Under the pieces are notes generated by a model that searched no databases, was not told the origin of the DNA, and saw only the letters and a list, made by a program, of their open reading frames with translations. Below, in pieces: positions 54,400 to 61,891 of a DNA stretch of 64,000 nucleotides. A program made the position numbers and the translations under genes. This DNA is from Candidatus Bathyarchaeota archaeon. GTDB taxonomy: Archaea > Thermoproteota > Bathyarchaeia > Bathyarchaeales > WUQV01. The stretch covers positions 2,566 to 66,565 of the forward strand of contig JAGGVF010000005.1 in assembly GCA_021158125.1 (NCBI GenBank), in the 5' to 3' direction. Position 1 is the stretch's first letter, and every line of letters starts with the position of its first letter.

Positions 54400-54842
54400 T
54401 TTCGCCTTCTCTTCTGCTCAGTCTTTTTAAGTTCTTCGTATTTCTCTATTATTTCCTCTATTTGTTTTCTCACAAAGTCTGCTGCATTTCTAAACGGTGC
54501 ATTCATTTCGTTTATTGCCTCTTCGAGTTTTTCGTAGTCTTCCCTTGGCACTATTATGTACTCAAATTCTCCGGCTAACTGCTCTAGTCTTCTTCTTACG
54601 GCGTCTCTCACGAAGTCTTCACGTGTTGTGTATCCTAGGTCTTTTCTTTCCTTTATTATTTCGTCGACTTTGCTTAGAAGTTCCTTTGGAAGCGTTACTG
54701 ATGATTGTAGAATTATGCGTAGTGCGTCTGCATAGGTTAGCATTTTTCCGCTTTGGGCTGTTAATTCGCCGAGCAGAACGGTGAGTCTTTTGTGGGCGTC
54801 CTTATAGATTTTTAGAGTTGTGGTTTCTTCTGTTTTGTCCAT
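54396..54842 (-). CDS. RHH (CopG/Arc-type)-like regulator with helical C-terminal extension
   Basis: LGYTTREDFVRDAVRRRLEQL is an RHH-type helix pair. First gene of the leftward operon. Confidence 0.55.
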   Translation of the reverse strand: MDKTEETTTLKIYKDAHKRLTVLLGELTAQSGKMLTYADALRIILQSSVTLPKELLSKVDEIIKERKDLGYTTREDFVRDAVRRRLEQLAGEFEYIIVPREDYEKLEEAINEMNAPFRNAADFVRKQIEEIIEKYEELKKTEQKRRRK

Positions 54843-54941
54843 TTTTCCTCAATATTAAATTGTTTTCTGGATATATTTCTTATGCCTAGAATTCGTTGTA
54901 TAATTGGTGTTATTTATGTAATAAAGTTAAAGAGTATATTC

Positions 54942-54959
54942 TGTATACAATTTATACAA
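54942..54959. promoter_or_regulatory. Palindrome/direct-repeat TGTATACAATTTATACAA in the divergent control region
   Basis: TGTATACA (54942-54949) is a perfect palindrome. GTATACAA/TTATACAA are adjacent half-repeats. A/T-rich TATA-like boxes lie on both strands of 54843-54962. Confidence 0.3.
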
Positions 54960-54962
54960 AGG

Positions 54963-55127
54963 ATGATGATTATGAAGATATGCCTCACAGTCACCATCGA
55001 CAAAGAACTCTTCAAAGAAATAGAAAGGCTGCGGAAAAGGGAGAAAAGAAGCACTTTTGTCGAGTACTTGCTTCGGCTGGGACTTGAAAAATATAAGAGG
55101 GAAGAAAGAAATGAAATTTCAAGATAA
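54963..55127 (+). CDS. Small RHH (CopG/MetJ/Arc) DNA-binding protein
   Basis: MMIMKICLTVTIDKELFKEIERLRKREKRSTFVEYLLRLGLEKY is a beta-strand plus two helices typical of RHH. Overlaps the portal start. Confidence 0.65.
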   Translation: MMIMKICLTVTIDKELFKEIERLRKREKRSTFVEYLLRLGLEKYKREERNEISR

Positions 55128-56307
55128 ACTTGGAAAAAGACTGCGAAACTTTTATGAACGCTTAAAAGGAGGCAGCTATGAACTTTACACTTCAACCCAG
55201 CAGAGCATAGGCTTAATTCCAGAAATCTCATTTGAGGAAATGTGGGAAATCTATATTTCTCAGCCGGCTGTGAGAGCTGCAGTTGATTTTAGGGCGGACC
55301 AAGTTGTTGGAGCCGGCTTCTTTACAACAATGAATGAGCAGTACGATGAGAAGCGTCAAGGTAAAACGGCTAAGGAATTTATTGACGATTTCTGCGAAAA
55401 GGTTGGGCTTGACCAGCTTCTGCAAGCCTCAGCTAGAAACATTGTGGCTTTTGGGAATGATTTTTGGTGGATAAGACCCAAAGAAGCCGATGTTGTTTCT
55501 ATTCCGCTCTTTAAAGTACAAAAAATATCTTTCAGTGAAGGAGTTCCAGCTTTTCTTCAGCTTTCATGGGATGTCTCCCCTAGGCAGATAGGAATGGAAG
55601 AGGTCGTTTGGATTAAAACTCCTCCCTTTGACAAGAATGGCTATGGAACTGGAATACTTCAAACCCTTTGCCGAAGCTTGAAACTTGGAGAAGATGAAAC
55701 TAGGCCTAGTTTCTCTGAGATTATCGGCAGAATTCAGAACAGCATAATGAAACAGTTCGAAAAATTTGGAGGCCCAAATGAACTTTGGATTTTTCCCGGC
55801 ATAAACAAATCGGATTTGGAAACATATTATCACAGAATTAAGAACATTCCTTCCAGTGGAAGCCGTTTTGTAACGAACGTGGAAAACGCAAAGGTGCAAT
55901 TGCTTGTTCCTGAAAGAGCAAGAGGTTTTGACTATTACATTGAGACTTTGATGAACGAGTTTTACCTCGGTCTTTCAACTCCACTTCCCAAACTTTTCAC
56001 AGCCCCAGGTTTCACCGAGGCTTCAGCAAACGTGGCAGTTAAAGTTGACGAAAAAAGAGTGATGGCCTTGCAGCGTTTACTGAAACGGACCGTTGAAAGA
56101 GAACTTTTCACTCCGATACTGGCGAATGCTGGATTCAACCCTGTAAAGGCGAAGGTTAGGCTTAACTGGGGAATACCAGAAAAACCAGAATATTCTGTTT
56201 CCGATGTTTTAAAGGCGTTTGAAGACGGGGCAATCTCTAGAATTGAAGCTAGAAAAATACTGAAGGATATGGGTTGGCCACTGGAGGAGGGGCTGAATCC
56301 GAGTTGA
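55111..56307 (+). CDS. Portal protein
   Basis: 399 aa. ATG at 55111 after GAGGG. General portal-like pattern (…AVDFRADQVVGAGF…NIVAFGNDFWW…) and the only portal-sized ORF in the cluster. Divergently transcribed from the head/tail operon. Confidence 0.65.
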   Translation: MKFQDKLGKRLRNFYERLKGGSYELYTSTQQSIGLIPEISFEEMWEIYISQPAVRAAVDFRADQVVGAGFFTTMNEQYDEKRQGKTAKEFIDDFCEKVGLDQLLQASARNIVAFGNDFWWIRPKEADVVSIPLFKVQKISFSEGVPAFLQLSWDVSPRQIGMEEVVWIKTPPFDKNGYGTGILQTLCRSLKLGEDETRPSFSEIIGRIQNSIMKQFEKFGGPNELWIFPGINKSDLETYYHRIKNIPSSGSRFVTNVENAKVQLLVPERARGFDYYIETLMNEFYLGLSTPLPKLFTAPGFTEASANVAVKVDEKRVMALQRLLKRTVERELFTPILANAGFNPVKAKVRLNWGIPEKPEYSVSDVLKAFEDGAISRIEARKILKDMGWPLEEGLNPS

Positions 56308-56401
56308 AAATTTTTCATTCTTTACATAATCTCCCTTCTCTCTATTCTGAACTCAACTCGGAAGCAAACCTTCCTAAAATGCGGCGGTAGGAGGTGAAAT
56401 T

Positions 56402-56800
56402 TTGAAGAAAAAGAACATTCTGGTGGGCTTCCTCATCTTCGCCGTTCTAACTTCAACCTTGACCAGCCTAAGTGACGCTTTAAACAACTTCAAAGTTGAA
56501 GGATTAGACCCAATCACATTAAGGCTAGTGATGTTGCTGAAATACTTGTTTGAGAGTTCTGCTATGGCTTTCGCTGTGGGTTATTTACGCAATTTGTTGG
56601 GCTTTTTAGAGAACTACTTTAGAGCAAGGTATACCAAATCTGAAATCAATTATGAACTGGAGAAACTCGGCGAGACATGGGCTAAGTATCAAGCTGGAGT
56701 TCTTGCAATAAGCAGTTGGCTTCCACCCCCAATTGCAGCTGCAACAACTTTCATACTGGACTTGGTAACTTCTTCCATACGAAAGTTAAGGCGAAGTTAG
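56402..56800 (+). CDS. Three-TM small membrane protein (holin-like by size and topology only)
   Basis: 132 aa. TTG start 7 nt after GGAGGTGA. Last ORF before host hypE. Confidence 0.5.
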   Translation: MKKKNILVGFLIFAVLTSTLTSLSDALNNFKVEGLDPITLRLVMLLKYLFESSAMAFAVGYLRNLLGFLENYFRARYTKSEINYELEKLGETWAKYQAGVLAISSWLPPPIAAATTFILDLVTSSIRKLRRS

Positions 56801-56860
56801 CGGGATAACAAAAACTTTTATCCTTCGTCTCGCTCTTTGTCTGCTGACAAACTATAAACT

Positions 56861-57955
56861 TTGAATTTTCTGAGGTCTGAGGCGTTGACTCGAATCGAAG
56901 AGAAAGAAAAGCGTATCACGATGATGCATGGCGCCGGCGGAGCAGTAATGAACGAACTAATAAAAAGTTACATTTTGAAGTATTTAGGCGGAGGAAAATT
57001 CGAGGTTTCCCTTGAGGCTTTGGACGATGCGGCTGTTGTGAACGGCATTGTTTTAAAGTCTGATTCGCATGCTGTTAAGCCCATCTTCTTTCCAGGCGGA
57101 GACATCGGCAGACTGGCAGTAAGCGGAACAGTAAACGATATAGCTGTTTTGGGTGCCCAACCAGTAGCATTAGCGTGCGGTTTCATACTTGAAGAAGGAT
57201 TGCCAATATCCGATTTTGAAAAAATTTTGGAGAGTATGAAAGCGACATGCGAAGAGGCTGGAGTTCACATCGTAACTGGAGACACCAAAGTGGTTGAAAA
57301 GGGAAATCTAGGCGGATGCGTAGTGAACGTCTCCGGAATAGGTTTAAGAAGCAAAAATCTAGACCACAACTTAACTGTTGTCCGCAGCTTCAGGCCAGAT
57401 TTTAGGGCTAGATGGATACTCGACTCCAACTTGAAGCCGGGAGACAAAATAATCGTTTCAGGCACAGTCGGCGATCACGGTTTAGCTGTTCTCTCGGCCC
57501 AAGAGGGACTAAACTTTGGAAGCCAAATAAAATCTGATGTTAAGCCTTTGAACAAGCTTGTCGAAAGACTACTTGAAGTAGGCGGCATAGTAGCCATGAA
57601 AGACCCAACTCGGGGAGGACTATCAAACGCCTTAAACGAGCTCAGCGAAAAATCGAAGGTTGGAATTCTTGTCTATGAAGAAAGAATTCCGGTGCGAACA
57701 GACGTTAAGGTTGCATGTGAAATGTTAGGGATAGACCCTTTGGAAGTTGGAAATGAAGGAAAACTCGTAATTGGGGTTGTACCTGAAAAGGCAGAAGAAG
57801 TCTTAGAAATGCTTAGAAAAACAGAAGAGGGGAGAGATGCTCAAATAATCGGTGAAGCAACGAAGGAATTCGACGTGGTGGCCATGCAGACGGTAGTTGG
57901 CGGGAAAAGAATATTAACTCCGCCTGTTGGAGACCCGGTTCCGAGAATATGCTGA
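56861..57955 (+). CDS. hypE: Hydrogenase maturation protein HypE
   Basis: ITMMHGAGG..., AIR-synthase-like fold pattern, C-terminal PRIC motif. The true start may be the TTG at 56885. Confidence 0.9.
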   Translation: MNFLRSEALTRIEEKEKRITMMHGAGGAVMNELIKSYILKYLGGGKFEVSLEALDDAAVVNGIVLKSDSHAVKPIFFPGGDIGRLAVSGTVNDIAVLGAQPVALACGFILEEGLPISDFEKILESMKATCEEAGVHIVTGDTKVVEKGNLGGCVVNVSGIGLRSKNLDHNLTVVRSFRPDFRARWILDSNLKPGDKIIVSGTVGDHGLAVLSAQEGLNFGSQIKSDVKPLNKLVERLLEVGGIVAMKDPTRGGLSNALNELSEKSKVGILVYEERIPVRTDVKVACEMLGIDPLEVGNEGKLVIGVVPEKAEEVLEMLRKTEEGRDAQIIGEATKEFDVVAMQTVVGGKRILTPPVGDPVPRIC

Positions 57956-58103
57956 TTCATAAGCCTAGAAGGCTTTCTGAGGCTCCGACAGCCGCCACCA
58001 AATCATGTCTTTTATCAATGGTTCTCGGTGTTTACATCATCGCCCCTTCAGGCCACAAGCTATAAGGCGATTTCGTCCAATTTAGAATTTATGGAAACTT
58101 GAC

Positions 58104-58325
58104 TTATTCTTTCCATAGGTCTGAAACTCTTCCAGCTTTAACCAGCTTCCACTTACCCCAAAAATTAATTTTGTAAAAATGGAATAAACCGCATCTCTTA
58201 CATTTTAGAATTTTACGTTTCTTTTCAAAGTCTATTTCGTAAAGTTCAAGTTCTCCACCGCAGTCAATACATTTTCCGCGGTAAGTTTTCTTCTCTTCTT
58301 CCCTACTCATGGCTTCTTCATCCAC
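58104..58325 (-). CDS. Zinc-ribbon protein
   Basis: CIDCGG...CKRCG, two CxxC pairs in 73 aa. Confidence 0.5.
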   Translation of the reverse strand: MDEEAMSREEEKKTYRGKCIDCGGELELYEIDFEKKRKILKCKRCGLFHFYKINFWGKWKLVKAGRVSDLWKE

Positions 58326-59257
58326 TCTGCCAACCGCCTAGTAAGTATGAACACCAAGGTTATTGATAAAATATAGGGTGCAACATAAACCATAAACTGG
58401 CTAAAAATCGAGGAATTTGCCAGCTTGCTAACTGCTGTCTGATTCAACACGTAACCGAACGGAAAACTGTCAACTAATCCATGCACAAGTATTAAAGGCG
58501 CAAGATTTCCCGCTATACTGTAAAAATAGCCGAATAAAGCTCCGATAATGAAACTTGAAAGTATATGAGCGGCCATTTCTCCAAAATTTAAAGGGGAAAC
58601 GTGCCAGATGAAATGCCATAATCCGAAAAGTGCAGACTGAACAAAAATAGCTACTTTGGCACTGCAAAATTTCTGAAGAAGAGTCTGCATTAACCCTCTA
58701 AACAAGCCTTCTTCACTTATACCCACACAGAAAGTTGCAAATGGAAACGAAAGTAAGAAAGGCACAAAGTCGTAACCAATCACATAGATTTCTCCAACAA
58801 AAAAGAAAACAAAAACAAGCCGAACGATTACTGCCGAAAACTCTAAAACAGCATAATAGACTGCTCCTACCGTCAAAGATTTTCCAATTCCCTCAAATTT
58901 AAAGCCGAAAACTGACGGTTTACAACGTAAAATCCACGTCATCATCATAAGAATAAGGTAAATGACAACTATCTTCTCGTACGGCTCTCCATATAATAGG
59001 ACAAACGGAATTCTAACCAGCATCGAAAGAAAGAATAGGCCAAAAATTAAAGTCCAAACTTTTCCAGCGTCAACTTTCGGAATTTCTTTTGAAAGCTCAA
59101 TCTTTCTTGAATACCTTCTGTACCATATGTAAGCTATGAAAAGTAGGATGAATGAAACAGCTAATGGAAGCAGTTTAGCCTTTGAAATCTCAGCGGAAGC
59201 AAAAACAACCAATGAAGTCAAAAGGTAAATGGTTAGAAGTGCAGCGAGATTTTTCAT
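58307..59257 (-). CDS. CPBP-family (CAAX/Abi) intramembrane glutamic protease
   Basis: Polytopic. Motifs EEGLFRGLM, FGLWH and HGLVD. Confidence 0.75.
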   Translation of the reverse strand: MKNLAALLTIYLLTSLVVFASAEISKAKLLPLAVSFILLFIAYIWYRRYSRKIELSKEIPKVDAGKVWTLIFGLFFLSMLVRIPFVLLYGEPYEKIVVIYLILMMMTWILRCKPSVFGFKFEGIGKSLTVGAVYYAVLEFSAVIVRLVFVFFFVGEIYVIGYDFVPFLLSFPFATFCVGISEEGLFRGLMQTLLQKFCSAKVAIFVQSALFGLWHFIWHVSPLNFGEMAAHILSSFIIGALFGYFYSIAGNLAPLILVHGLVDSFPFGYVLNQTAVSKLANSSIFSQFMVYVAPYILSITLVFILTRRLAEWMKKP

Positions 59258-59368
59258 GTAAGCCTTTGAATTACTCTGTTGAATATAAGATTAATTGTAG
59301 CGTTTAAAGTAAGCTTTGCTAAATCTTAAAAGAATATAAAATTATCTAAAAACGAGTATCTATCTGAT

Positions 59369-60463
59369 TTATCCTTTGCTTGTATGCCTTGCCCATATTC
59401 GGCATGTTCCCTCGAAGGAGACCATGCATGGTCCCATCGGATGTTCCGGCCTACAGGCTTTCAAGAAAAGTGGACATTCGTCAGGCTTTATTTTCCCAAT
59501 CATAACCAAGTGACACTGGCAGCCCGGATGTAGGTCACGTGCATTCTCTACACGTATGTTAAAGCGTTTTCTAGCATCAAGTTTTTCGTATTCTTCTTTT
59601 AGGGCAAAGGCTGAGCTTGGAAGTCTTCCTAAGCCTCGCCAATTTCCGTTAACAACTTTAAATGCTTCATTCATCAATTTTTGAGCTTTCACGTTTCCCT
59701 CCGGAGTTACGGCTCTCACATACTCGTTTTCAAGTTTGGCTTTTCCTTCCTTAATCTGTTTAAGAATCATGTAAATTGCAACTAACACGTCTAACGGTTC
59801 GAAGCCGGCTACAACCGTTGGCATACAGTACGCTTTCGGAAAAATCTCGTAGGGTTTTAATCCTATTATTGTTGAAACATGGCCGGGTGCGATGAAACCG
59901 TCTATTCTCAAGTCTCCTATTCCAAGTAGAAGCTCCATTGCAGGCGGAATCAAACGGTGAGAAACCAGTATGGAAAAGTTTTCTGGAGGCTTTCCTAAAA
60001 CGACATTTGCCGTTGAAGGCGCCGTAGTTTCGAAGCCTATTGCAAAAAAGACAAACTGTTTCGATTTTTCTTTGAGAGCCATCTTAACAGCATCGTCTAT
60101 GCCGTAGACCACTCTTACGTCTGCCCCTTCAGCTTTTGCGTCTAGAAGGGAACCGTCTGAGCCTGGAACCCTTAATGCATCTCCGAAAACGGTGACGGTT
60201 ACTCCTTCAAGCGCAAGTTTTATTGCCTCATCTATTTCTGCCGCTGGAGTTACACATACTGGGCAGCCTGGACCCGCTATAACCTCAACGTTTTCAGGTA
60301 GGAGTTCTCTAAGTCCATAATGAGTAATTGTCCATTCGTGGGTTCCACAGACATGGCATATTTTAACCTCATAACTAGGTGCAATAGCCTTTATTTTCTC
60401 CACAACTTGTTTTGCAAGTTCTGCGTTTCTGAATCTCAACCATTTAACGCTCATTTTTAACAC
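59369..60463 (-). CDS. hypD: Hydrogenase maturation protein HypD
   Basis: CHVCGTHEW, GPGCPVCVTP, FETTAP, PGHVS motifs. Confidence 0.9.
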   Translation of the reverse strand: MLKMSVKWLRFRNAELAKQVVEKIKAIAPSYEVKICHVCGTHEWTITHYGLRELLPENVEVIAGPGCPVCVTPAAEIDEAIKLALEGVTVTVFGDALRVPGSDGSLLDAKAEGADVRVVYGIDDAVKMALKEKSKQFVFFAIGFETTAPSTANVVLGKPPENFSILVSHRLIPPAMELLLGIGDLRIDGFIAPGHVSTIIGLKPYEIFPKAYCMPTVVAGFEPLDVLVAIYMILKQIKEGKAKLENEYVRAVTPEGNVKAQKLMNEAFKVVNGNWRGLGRLPSSAFALKEEYEKLDARKRFNIRVENARDLHPGCQCHLVMIGKIKPDECPLFLKACRPEHPMGPCMVSFEGTCRIWARHTSKG

Positions 60464-61193
60464 TAAAATTAACTATCTTTTCAACTATTTCTCCGATTTT
60501 CTTGGCGAAGGTTGTTTCTAAAAGTCTATTTACATCACCTATTGCATCTTCGAGATAGCTGTCAAAGGGAATTTCTCCTAAATACGGTATCTTTCGATTT
60601 TCTGTCTTCTGTCTTATAAACTGAGAGTCTTTAATCTTCATGTTTTCAACGATTCCAATTATTGGTATTTTCAGCTCTTCAAGCAAGTTCATCAGTTTTC
60701 TAACAGTTTCAAATGCAAGCTTAGAAGGAGTTGTGACTATCAGAAACTTTATTCCCTTCACGAGTCTTATCAAGTCTAGGGTTGCGTCGCTTATTCCAGG
60801 CGGCATATCCATTATGAGAAAGTCGAGTTTTTCCCACCTTGTGACTGTGAGCAGTTCGATTAAAGCGTTTGATATGTCCGCTCCCCTTAATGGAGAAGCA
60901 TATTCACCGGAGTAGTAAACAATTGACATGTACCTTAGGCCGTAAACTTTCGGCGGAACTATACCTTTATCCTCTTTCGGAGTTAAACCTTTCACGCCTA
61001 AGATTAGATGGGTTGAAGGACTTGTAAAGTCTAAGTCGAATAAACCTACTTCATAGCCTTTCTTAGCTAGCGTTAAAGCCAGAGTTGAAGCAACTAGGCT
61101 TTTTCCTACTCCGCCTTTTCCGCTTGAAACAGCAATTATATTGTTTATTTCCTTTAGTCTTTCGTTTATCAAGGCTATTCTTGGGTCAACCAT
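60444..61193 (-). CDS. Mrp/MinD-family ATPase (ATPase-type HypB candidate)
   Basis: Deviant Walker A SGKGGVGKS. About 250 aa. Sandwiched between hypA and hypD, as described for Thermococcales Mrp/MinD-type HypB. Confidence 0.7.
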   Translation of the reverse strand: MVDPRIALINERLKEINNIIAVSSGKGGVGKSLVASTLALTLAKKGYEVGLFDLDFTSPSTHLILGVKGLTPKEDKGIVPPKVYGLRYMSIVYYSGEYASPLRGADISNALIELLTVTRWEKLDFLIMDMPPGISDATLDLIRLVKGIKFLIVTTPSKLAFETVRKLMNLLEELKIPIIGIVENMKIKDSQFIRQKTENRKIPYLGEIPFDSYLEDAIGDVNRLLETTFAKKIGEIVEKIVNFSVKNER

Positions 61194-61194
61194 G

Positions 61195-61593
61195 CTATTT
61201 GGCTCCTTTTATGCTTTCAAGCCATACTCCCCGTCCCTGCACAACTTCGAAGTCTGGACTGCCGCATTTTGGGCATTTAATGTATGTATGCGCTATTTCC
61301 GGAACAAAGTGTATGGCTTCCCTTACATCCTCATTTAATTCATCTTTTCTGAATAGCCATTGATGGCCACATACTCTGCACTTCAGCTTGGCTCTGACGG
61401 TTTCTATGTTAAACTTTGTATTCTTGAATTTGTCAGTTTTAAGTTGGGAGAGGGCGAATTCGAAAATGTCTAGTTCAAGTTGTTGTAGTTCTCCAACCCT
61501 AATTTTGACTTCAGTTATCTCCTTTAATCCCTCTTTTTCAGCTAACTGCGAAGCTGTCGAAATTACTGCTTCTGCTAAGGCCCATTCATGCAT
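61195..61593 (-). CDS. hypA: Hydrogenase nickel incorporation protein HypA
   Basis: MHEWALAEAV N-terminus. Zinc site CRVCG...CPKCG. Confidence 0.85.
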   Translation of the reverse strand: MHEWALAEAVISTASQLAEKEGLKEITEVKIRVGELQQLELDIFEFALSQLKTDKFKNTKFNIETVRAKLKCRVCGHQWLFRKDELNEDVREAIHFVPEIAHTYIKCPKCGSPDFEVVQGRGVWLESIKGAK

Positions 61594-61603
61594 TTCAAAA
61601 CCT

Positions 61604-61843
61604 CTAACCTGGCCTTCCTTCGGCTTCTGTTAATTCAAGTATTTCACTCCAAAGCTTCAAGGTTTCCACAGCTTCTTCTTCGCTTAAAACCTGAATAGCG
61701 TAACCGGCATGAACAAGCACATAGTCGCCAGCTTTAACATCCACAAGCGAAACATTAACTTCACGGAGTACCCCCTCACCAAAATCAACCTTGGCAAGGT
61801 TTCCGTCTACCTTAATAACTTTGGCTGGTATGGCTAAGCACAT
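61604..61843 (-). CDS. hypC: Hydrogenase assembly chaperone HypC
   Basis: MCLAIPAKV N-terminal Cys motif, 79 aa. Confidence 0.9.
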   Translation of the reverse strand: MCLAIPAKVIKVDGNLAKVDFGEGVLREVNVSLVDVKAGDYVLVHAGYAIQVLSEEEAVETLKLWSEILELTEAEGRPG

Positions 61844-61891
61844 AGGTATCAGCTATAAAAACTTCAACTAACATAAAACCGTTCCGTTCAA

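Larger units (their letters stand above)
37050..56800. mobile_element. HK97-type head-tail virus-like gene cluster (provirus remnant or GTA-like locus) without detectable integrase, replication genes or att
   Basis: 26 contiguous ORFs covering packaging, head, neck and tail functions, flanked by host hdrA/polyferredoxin and hypE. The boundaries are approximate (intergenic 36936-37049 and 56801-56860). Confidence 0.75.

Noticed and set aside
54963-54969. ATGATGA resembling a C/D-box sRNA C box
   Set aside because: It coincides with the tandem Met codons at the start of the small RHH gene. No matching D box (CUGA) or terminal stem arrangement was found.
36936-56860. Search for att-type direct repeats at the borders of the 20-kb head-tail cluster
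   Set aside because: By eye, only an 8-mer (AACTTTTA) is shared between 36936-37049 and 56801-56860. That is not significant in AT-rich DNA. A proper computational repeat search is still needed.
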